Virus record (IMG/VR): IMGVR_UViG_3300025383_000031
Location: 1-57,082 of that record
Source: a virus
Taxonomy: Duplodnaviria > Caudoviricetes
DNA: 57,082 nucleotides
Direction: 5' to 3' (one strand)
Below the pieces are notes generated by a model. The model was not told the DNA's origin, made no database searches, and saw nothing but the letters and a program-made list of their open reading frames with translations. Within the stretch, counting starts at the first letter, position 1, and each line of letters begins with the position of its first letter. The translations under genes and the position numbers were made by a program. This document shows, piece after piece, positions 26,926 to 34,248 of the stretch.

Positions 26926-29900
26926 TTAAGGTTTGCGTTGTTTATTCAAATACTGTACTTTTGCGCCATTTTCATCTGGTTCAACCTCACGATCCCAAGG
27001 AAATGTGGCTACCTGACGGTCAGGATAATCATTGCCGCCACCAACAGTTCCTATGATAGAACCAGCGTGTTCATTTTGTTGCGGTCCAAATTTCTTTATA
27101 AACTTTGCTTTGTCTTTTGGCATTTCGTAGTCTAATGAAATTTGGTTATCAATTCTGCCTCGCTCATCAACTATTATATCAACTGCAATATGCTTAAATC
27201 CAAGTGCAGTTTGTGCATATACACGATACATCTTTTTAAGGTCAGGCAAGAAACCTTGAACAAAAAACGAAACGGTTGCTTTTGCAAAACGCACATATCC
27301 AAGTTTAAATGCTTCTTCATATCCATCAATGTCTTTACTATAAAGCCATCCCAGATGTTCTTCCTTCGTAACATATTCAACTTTGCGATTAGGCAAAATC
27401 CAACCATGTGTTTCATTCGGGTCAAGTGCTTCTTCAATGCTTTCACTTTGTTGTGCTTCTGCATCCCACTTCTTGTGTAAGAATGTTAGCAAACCTTTTA
27501 CATCGCTAGCACCGATTTTGCGCATTGCTGCAATAATTTTAGTTGCTGCTTCATAACCACTGTTGCCTGGCTTACGAGCATTGGTAATTTCATTACGTAA
27601 CCCAAGGTCATCAGCAAACTGACCACCGCTCCAATAGGTTAAACTATAACGCAGTTTATTTGCTTCTTTGGATAACTCACTGCGTTTCTTCTTAAAGATA
27701 AGTTCTAACCAAGGAGCAAGATATTTCTTACCATTAAAGGTGCTTATATAACCAGTCTTCTTTTGACCACGAATTAAATCTTGGGCTTTGCTTACTGGTA
27801 TTGCTCGTTTGGTGTCCTGTAACTTCCACGCATTTTCATTGCTATAAAGATAAGTTGGTAAGCCACGCTTCTTTGCTACAATCATTAACTGACGAGTAGT
27901 TGGGCTTGCAAATTCACCTGCTTCTTTAAGCAAAATATGAACGGCTGTAATAGCATCTGCTGGTATTGTTGGCTCACGTGAGAATACACGGTCTTCGCTT
28001 TCACTGTGCTTTTGCTTATCAAATCCTGCCCAATAGTCAATTGCTTTAACTGGATAACGACGATTAAACCAATTGCCATCAAGATTAAACATAACAGCAG
28101 TGCCGCCAGTAAATTCGTGATAACCGCCTACTTTGCTGCGAGTGGTAGATAAGAAATAGTTATAACCTTTTGGCGCATACTGATCTTCTACACTACCAGT
28201 AGAAATGCTCAACATAAACTCATTGTTTTTAAGAATGTTTAATGCTGCCCCTACACTGCCTGTATAGTGGAACAGCACTGGTGATGCTGCTTCGTCAATT
28301 TGTGATTCTGCTACTAATTCATTCTTTGTGATAGATTTCATAATCGGTAGATAGCGTGGTTGAACTTTTTCCATATCTTCACGATGTATGTCAAGATGAC
28401 CTTTGCGAATAAGTTCTGCGTGATACATAAAATCACCAAAACCATCTTCTTCTTGTGAAATATGTTGATTGGCATAGTCTTCAAGTTCTTGTGCTATTGC
28501 CAACATGTTGCTATTTGGTTCAATAGTTTCATCTAAATCTTTACGATGACTGCGCTTGTAATATGAACACCAACCATTTGGCGCAATCTTACCACTAACA
28601 GCCGAACAACCATGAGGAGGACGCCACATAGTGCAATGATCACAACGTTGACCATTGCGAGGCATATCCTGGTACTTTGCTACGGCTTTGGTTGATTTTT
28701 CTGCTGCTTCATCTAAATTTTCATTTGCCAAGTCAGGAGCAACCATATAACTGTTCTTGGAACCTGGTGGAAATTCAAAACGTTCCATGCCTTTCTCACG
28801 AGCAGCGGCACGAGCCTTCTTGAACATTAGCGTCCACCAGCGGCGATTAGCATAATCTTTATTGCCCATATAGGCTTTTGGATCAGTAATGCGCAACTCT
28901 GCCCATTGGTCAGGAGTTAGGTCTTCATCTAATTCATACTTTGGCAAACCATATAAATCAAGGTCTGTGCCGTGTGTAGAACCATAATCGGTATCGTCCT
29001 TATTAGGTTCATATGGTTTGCGACCACGTTTTACAAGTTTAGGATTATCGCCCCAATCGCCACCAATGCCTGGTGCTTCGGTAACAATGCCCATTGCCTT
29101 TAACATAGCACGAGCAACTACACGGTCTTTTTCTTTTTCTACTTCTGGCAACTGTGCATAAGTTTGTTGGGCAAGAGCATAACGTTTCTTTTTCTTGTCG
29201 GGAATAGTTGGAGTATCTAACTGCAACTTGCCCATATAATCAGCCACGGCAGTTTTATTCCAACCATCGTGGATAGCATTAGCAATTGCTTCTACATCTG
29301 TAATGCCACTATCAATCATACGCTTTGCAGCAGTGGCACTTTCAATGTTTGCCAACCAACCAAAGTTATTGGTAGGTGTAGATAAACCATAGTGATAAGC
29401 ATCATCAAGTGCTTTATCACTTATGTGTGCAAGTTGTTCTACTGATAGGCTTTCACGGATAATGCTTTCACTGATAATACTTTCTTCAACTGTCTCACTT
29501 AGTCCCATGCCACTACGAACTGCTTGGAATAGTGTTTTACCATCTACCATAATATTTTGTGGCACACGGGTAGCACGTTCAAATGCTTCTGGGTCACCAA
29601 TCTTCGCTGCTTCACGAGCATTTGTAGCACTCGTTAAGCGAGGGCTTTCCATAAAGGATAACGGTTCAAACTGATAGAAACCGTGTGCTACTTGCTTGCC
29701 GTTGTATTGTTCCAATACTGGTCGCATTGATGCCATATCGTCTTCACCAGCCACGAAAGTGGCACTACGGAAGCCTTTGTCATAAAGATATGCGGCTGCT
29801 TGTAAGAATGTTTTAATTGAGGGGTCTTCAACGAGATGTCCTTGTGTTTGTGGATAAAGTGTTTTTACCCATTTTACTTTTTGATCATAGGTAAGAGGAT

Positions 29901-30078
29901 TCTTTTTAGTATCTTGACTTTTACTAAGGAATAATGCCCAACTGCCTTTCTTTGCCACGCTGGCAAGAGTATTAATTAACCCTTCGTGTCCAAAGTGCGG
30001 AGGGTTCATACGTCCAAATGCAAATGAAATATGCGGATTTGGTGCTTCGTTAAAAATGGTGCGATGGCTTAAGGTCAT
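26926..30078 (-). CDS. 1050-aa multidomain protein: HxGH nucleotidyltransferase, RyR-like, HiPIP, ART-like and unknown domains
   Basis: FGRMNPPHFGH; AIHDGW...YAQLPEVEKEKDR; YQ..P..GQRCDHC...C..V.G.IAPNGWC; FHYT...STTRS...ESEDR. Confidence 0.85.
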   Translation of the reverse strand: MTLSHRTIFNEAPNPHISFAFGRMNPPHFGHEGLINTLASVAKKGSWALFLSKSQDTKKNPLTYDQKVKWVKTLYPQTQGHLVEDPSIKTFLQAAAYLYDKGFRSATFVAGEDDMASMRPVLEQYNGKQVAHGFYQFEPLSFMESPRLTSATNAREAAKIGDPEAFERATRVPQNIMVDGKTLFQAVRSGMGLSETVEESIISESIIRESLSVEQLAHISDKALDDAYHYGLSTPTNNFGWLANIESATAAKRMIDSGITDVEAIANAIHDGWNKTAVADYMGKLQLDTPTIPDKKKKRYALAQQTYAQLPEVEKEKDRVVARAMLKAMGIVTEAPGIGGDWGDNPKLVKRGRKPYEPNKDDTDYGSTHGTDLDLYGLPKYELDEDLTPDQWAELRITDPKAYMGNKDYANRRWWTLMFKKARAAAREKGMERFEFPPGSKNSYMVAPDLANENLDEAAEKSTKAVAKYQDMPRNGQRCDHCTMWRPPHGCSAVSGKIAPNGWCSYYKRSHRKDLDETIEPNSNMLAIAQELEDYANQHISQEEDGFGDFMYHAELIRKGHLDIHREDMEKVQPRYLPIMKSITKNELVAESQIDEAASPVLFHYTGSVGAALNILKNNEFMLSISTGSVEDQYAPKGYNYFLSTTRSKVGGYHEFTGGTAVMFNLDGNWFNRRYPVKAIDYWAGFDKQKHSESEDRVFSREPTIPADAITAVHILLKEAGEFASPTTRQLMIVAKKRGLPTYLYSNENAWKLQDTKRAIPVSKAQDLIRGQKKTGYISTFNGKKYLAPWLELIFKKKRSELSKEANKLRYSLTYWSGGQFADDLGLRNEITNARKPGNSGYEAATKIIAAMRKIGASDVKGLLTFLHKKWDAEAQQSESIEEALDPNETHGWILPNRKVEYVTKEEHLGWLYSKDIDGYEEAFKLGYVRFAKATVSFFVQGFLPDLKKMYRVYAQTALGFKHIAVDIIVDERGRIDNQISLDYEMPKDKAKFIKKFGPQQNEHAGSIIGTVGGGNDYPDRQVATFPWDREVEPDENGAKVQYLNKQRKP

Positions 30079-30113
30079 TATACAATCCAGATAAAATATT
30101 TATCTGTATAATG
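30076..30113 (-). promoter_or_regulatory. Late promoter inside a hairpin that covers the start codon
   Basis: cattataca (30076-30084) / tgtataatg (30105-30113) inverted repeat; TAAATA at 30097-30102. Confidence 0.7.
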
Positions 30114-30121
30114 GGTAGGGG

Positions 30122-31249
30122 TTAATTTGGTGTCCAGCGATGACGAGGCACAAGTTTAATATTAGGTTCGCCATAATTAACATAACCTTCGCCACCTTTT
30201 TGACCTTTGGTAGTTTGTTGAATATCGCCACCTTCACTATCTAATTGGTCAATAATTTGATTCTTAACCGTGCGAAGATTTTCTAATACCGCAAATGTAG
30301 CAATAAATCCTCGTTGATTTTGCGCAATCCAGTCTTGAATTTTTTGTTGCATTGGCGCAGATTGCCTGCTACTGCTAGTTAGCCAAGTTATAAATTCACT
30401 TGCAAGGTCATTTGTTCTGCCAACCCTTGCCATCTGATTGTTAAAGTTATAAAGAACGCCTTTAAATCCTGCCATTTTCATAGCAGCAAGGCGTTCATCA
30501 TTTAAAAAATTATCAATAGCAACTTTATTTGCAGCAACATATTTCTGTAAGTCTTGTAATTTTTTTGTATCAATTTTAACGGGTTGCTGTGCATATTTTG
30601 GACCCAACACAATTAAACCTTGTGTTTTATTAAATGGCGTAAAATCATCAATAGGTTGCTGTTGATCATCGCCCATACCAAACTGTGGAAAGTATGCATG
30701 TCCTACAACTGCTGCGGTTGCTTTTGATATACGTTGGCCAAGTTCAGTTGATTGTGGTACGCTATAGGTAACATTGTTTGGTGTAAATGTGTATGCATTA
30801 TTTTCTAATTGGGGACGACGCATAAACAATAAATCACCATACACATAACCACGAAAATCTTGTGGAGTTGCTGCTTCAAACAGCGCCCATAGACTAGCAT
30901 ACTCATTAGCAAAACGCATACGTTCATCTTCTTTATCGGGCGTAACATTGCCAGTACTCATGATAAATTTAACAAGTTCTGCTGGACTTTGACTTTTTCC
31001 GCTGCTATCGGGTTTTAACCAACCATTGTGTCCAACCATGATAAATTTACCATTTGGCTCACGTCCCCAATATACTTGAGGTTTGCCATCCCATTTCCAA
31101 CGCACGGTTTGTGGATTGCTTGCGAGAGCGGAAAGACGAGAAATGGCAGTAGATGCACCATCACTGCCATTTATCAATACCAAATCTTCTACGTGCTGAA
31201 ATGCACGTCCTACTTTTGGTGCCTCGTTTACTATCTGATTTATGAACAT
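30122..31249 (-). CDS. Ligase-fold (KxDG) covalent nucleotidyltransferase-like protein, leader MFINQIVNE
   Basis: KWDG, YGDLLF, GEGYV, IKLV in the order of ligase motifs I, III, IV, V; TATAAATA at 31254-31261. Confidence 0.65.
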   Translation of the reverse strand: MFINQIVNEAPKVGRAFQHVEDLVLINGSDGASTAISRLSALASNPQTVRWKWDGKPQVYWGREPNGKFIMVGHNGWLKPDSSGKSQSPAELVKFIMSTGNVTPDKEDERMRFANEYASLWALFEAATPQDFRGYVYGDLLFMRRPQLENNAYTFTPNNVTYSVPQSTELGQRISKATAAVVGHAYFPQFGMGDDQQQPIDDFTPFNKTQGLIVLGPKYAQQPVKIDTKKLQDLQKYVAANKVAIDNFLNDERLAAMKMAGFKGVLYNFNNQMARVGRTNDLASEFITWLTSSSRQSAPMQQKIQDWIAQNQRGFIATFAVLENLRTVKNQIIDQLDSEGGDIQQTTKGQKGGEGYVNYGEPNIKLVPRHRWTPN

Positions 31250-31256
31250 CAAATAT

Positions 31257-31736
31257 TTATAGGTTTTCTAAGAACCACATATAGGTAGGAACACTAATAG
31301 TTAAACGCCATTCACCATTTAAACCAATAACATTGAGTTTTTCTGGTAACGGTTCATCTTCATATATTGGTTTGCCACCTTTTGTACCAATTTGTTTGTA
31401 GAATCTGCTATTAAAATATGCAAGCCATTCTAATTCAATTTCATCAATTTCAACTTCTTTAATCCACAAAAGTTGATCAGATAAAATATTGCCGCTATCA
31501 TCTACTTCGGTATGTTTTGGTTTTTTGTTAAGCAATCGAATCTTTAACTCATGCTCACCTTCTGGCAATTCTTTAGAAAAAGAAACAGATTTAATTTCTT
31601 TATTACTTTCTAATTCAGAAACTTGTCCGCTTTCAATTGATTCATCATCAATTAAAATTTCATAACTTGGCGGCTCATTGTGCCAAGTACTACTAAACTG
31701 GATTTTAAATTCTACTGTTTCTAAATCATCAGACAT
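31257..31736 (-). CDS. Hypothetical acidic beta-sandwich protein
   Basis: 159-aa ORF, GEHELKIRL pattern. Confidence 0.7.
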   Translation of the reverse strand: MSDDLETVEFKIQFSSTWHNEPPSYEILIDDESIESGQVSELESNKEIKSVSFSKELPEGEHELKIRLLNKKPKHTEVDDSGNILSDQLLWIKEVEIDEIELEWLAYFNSRFYKQIGTKGGKPIYEDEPLPEKLNVIGLNGEWRLTISVPTYMWFLENL

Positions 31737-31741
31737 AAAGA

Positions 31742-32608
31742 TTAACCTTTTTTCTTACCTAACTTTAATTTAATTGGCTGTGGCGAAGCAGTTGGAGTTG
31801 CGGGTGCTGCTTGTGCCTGTGGGTCAAGATGATGTGGGCCACCATTTGAAGTTTGGTTGAGCAGAACTTTCTTAAGTTCTTCAACATTTCCCTCATACTT
31901 GTGATAACCAGTATGGTCAAGTTTAATGCCAGTGTCGGCAAAAATCTTACCACCTGCCATACGCCATAGATAACAGAATGTCCAATCTTCGGAAAGATAG
32001 TTATCATCCTTGTCAATCATAGTATCAAACAAGCCATACATAAGTGGCTCATACTGCGCACCAATGCCGATATTATCACGATACTTAAGTTCTGGATGCA
32101 GGTTAATCAATTGTTCAATAACCTGACGCTTTACCATCATGAAGCCTGTTCCAAGGGTTGAAACTTCAACAAGATCACCCATAGTAATTGGATTTGGAAC
32201 TGTGTTAATAACATAGCGAATTGGGATACGCTTCATTGGATATACGCCACCGACGACATCTTGATTGGCGAGTAGCAAACGAATGATCGCTTCTGGATCA
32301 AATCCAAGATCAACGTCAATAAACATTAGGTGTGTTGCTGCTTGGTTAAACAAAAACTTTGCAACAAGGTTGTTTCGCCCACGAGTAATAAGTGATTCAT
32401 TAACCATCGTATCAATAGAATAGTTAAGTCCCATCTTACCCGCAATAATGCCAAACTTAATCATTGCAATAAAAGTTGCTTCATTGCATAGACCACCATA
32501 CATTGGTAGGCAGAAATGAATATGTTGTTTTCTTAAAAAATCTAATGCCTCTGGCGGCAAACCAAACGTATTATCTTGTGGTGGTTGTTGATTAATTTCT
32601 TCTGTCAT
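31742..32608 (-). CDS. GT-A fold glycosyltransferase
   Basis: NESLITRGRN, HLMFIDVD (DxD), GTGFMMVKR, LSEDWTFC, LDHTG. Confidence 0.85.
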   Translation of the reverse strand: MTEEINQQPPQDNTFGLPPEALDFLRKQHIHFCLPMYGGLCNEATFIAMIKFGIIAGKMGLNYSIDTMVNESLITRGRNNLVAKFLFNQAATHLMFIDVDLGFDPEAIIRLLLANQDVVGGVYPMKRIPIRYVINTVPNPITMGDLVEVSTLGTGFMMVKRQVIEQLINLHPELKYRDNIGIGAQYEPLMYGLFDTMIDKDDNYLSEDWTFCYLWRMAGGKIFADTGIKLDHTGYHKYEGNVEELKKVLLNQTSNGGPHHLDPQAQAAPATPTASPQPIKLKLGKKKG

Positions 32609-32670
32609 TGACTCTTTCCATTAAGTGTAGATATTATTATATATCTACTATAGCAAGTGTAACAGAATTT

Positions 32671-33042
32671 TTATGTATTGTAAAGAACTCTATTAATATC
32701 ACCAGCAGAAAAATTTGTGATATGCGCACGGCACCACACAAAATTTCCAGTAAAATTATAATAGCTTGTGCCATTTACAGGATTAGTGCCATCACCAACT
32801 GTAGTAGTAGTTATATCAAACCAATCGTTCTCTGTTGGATTTGTTAATAAGGTTGCTTGAAATTTAATTATACCAACAAATCCACTTAAGCTATACGTTA
32901 CAGTGTGTAAGCCATCTGTATAACCATAGTATCCGTTACCTTTAAAAAGGTTACTGCTCCAAGTAGTACTAACGCCATCATATGGCGGATAAACTTGTCC
33001 AAACTGAATTGCACTTAAAACTACTTGCGGTAAGCTAGCCAT
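32671..33042 (-). CDS. Probable virion structural protein
   Basis: Beta-rich, G/T/N/aromatic-rich 123-aa ORF downstream of a late promoter. Confidence 0.55.
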   Translation of the reverse strand: MASLPQVVLSAIQFGQVYPPYDGVSTTWSSNLFKGNGYYGYTDGLHTVTYSLSGFVGIIKFQATLLTNPTENDWFDITTTTVGDGTNPVNGTSYYNFTGNFVWCRAHITNFSAGDINRVLYNT

Positions 33043-33202
33043 TATTTTCCACTTCTACTAAACATTTATCGCCAGCTAGTTCTTGAATAACTGCAACTAA
33101 CTGGTCTATAGTATCGCTATCTAGTTTTGTGTCAGCAGTTTTATTGTCTGCAACTAGTTGCGATACTTTTATTGTAATTGATTCTTCAAATAGTTTAGCC
33201 AT
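33035..33202 (-). CDS. 55-aa hypothetical protein (MAKLFEESITIKVSQLV...)
   Basis: Below the ORF-track cutoff; my translation; GGAG RBS and TAAATA at 33218-33223. Confidence 0.75.
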   Translation of the reverse strand: MAKLFEESITIKVSQLVADNKTADTKLDSDTIDQLVAVIQELAGDKCLVEVENNG

Positions 33203-33545
33203 TGATATTCTCCAATGTATTTATTCTAGGCTTACGCCCACGCTTCTTGCCCGCCCCACGATTCGAGCCATTTGGTTTAATATCATACGCAAGACCAAGG
33301 CGAGTAGGTTCCATGCCATCAATTTCATCAATTTTTTCAATAGGAACACTAAATTTGCGACCGCTGCGATGAGAAGAAATAAACTTTAGCGTTCCCTCAT
33401 CACTTACGACCTTATCTACATTGAGAAATAAACGTTTTTCCATTGGCATACCACCAAATGCTGGAACAGGACAACGTGCTAAAATACGAGTCTTGTCATT
33501 TACGATACCACGAGAAATCAATGCTGTTGCTAATTCAATATTCAT
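33195..33545 (-). CDS. Hypothetical protein with basic tail (GKKRGRKPR, AT-hook-like)
   Basis: 116-aa ORF. Confidence 0.7.
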   Translation of the reverse strand: MNIELATALISRGIVNDKTRILARCPVPAFGGMPMEKRLFLNVDKVVSDEGTLKFISSHRSGRKFSVPIEKIDEIDGMEPTRLGLAYDIKPNGSNRGAGKKRGRKPRINTLENING

Positions 33546-33549
33546 TATG

Positions 33550-34248
33550 TTACGCTTTCACTTTCTTTACTAATTTATAGACTTTTTTGATACCATCTTG
33601 AAACAACATATACAGTAGCGGAATATTGTCTGCACTTCTGCAATAAACACGAACTGTGCCATAGTAATAACCTGTTTCAAAACCTGTGGCAGTACGAGTA
33701 CACCAGCGATTTAGTTCGTATGGAAATGACAAGTCATCTTTGTTGTTATTAACAAACTCATACAACTCAAGTAGATTTTCTCGCTGTGTTTTTCTGCCAC
33801 CATAGCCACCTGTTTGCCAACCCCAATAAGTTTCAAACTCAACCTGATAAGGAATATCTGGGTCATACCTTGTTTCACTTACCAGTTTAACATCAACTGC
33901 GATATTGTCAAGGTTTTTAATTTCAGAAATATACTGATTATTGCTTGTGGTAAATCCTTTGACTGATGCAAGCAATGATGGATCAGCAAGAATTGCATCA
34001 AGCGCAGTGGTGCTATTCGTAAAGAAACGCAAAAATGATTCTTTACGAAGACGACAGTATGGATCAAGCTTTTTTAAGACATTTCGCATATTTCCAAAAA
34101 TATTCCAATCTCTTGGAATTGCTAGTTCTACACGAAAATGATACTTTCCATACCATAGTTTGTTTTCGGTACTAATATGCCATTTAAACAAATGGTCTTT
34201 AAACCGATCACGGTATTCAATCAGCGTTAATTCTGCTATCTCTGTCAT
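33550..34248 (-). CDS. Hypothetical protein
   Basis: 232-aa ORF overlapping the clpA stop. Confidence 0.7.
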   Translation of the reverse strand: MTEIAELTLIEYRDRFKDHLFKWHISTENKLWYGKYHFRVELAIPRDWNIFGNMRNVLKKLDPYCRLRKESFLRFFTNSTTALDAILADPSLLASVKGFTTSNNQYISEIKNLDNIAVDVKLVSETRYDPDIPYQVEFETYWGWQTGGYGGRKTQRENLLELYEFVNNNKDDLSFPYELNRWCTRTATGFETGYYYGTVRVYCRSADNIPLLYMLFQDGIKKVYKLVKKVKA

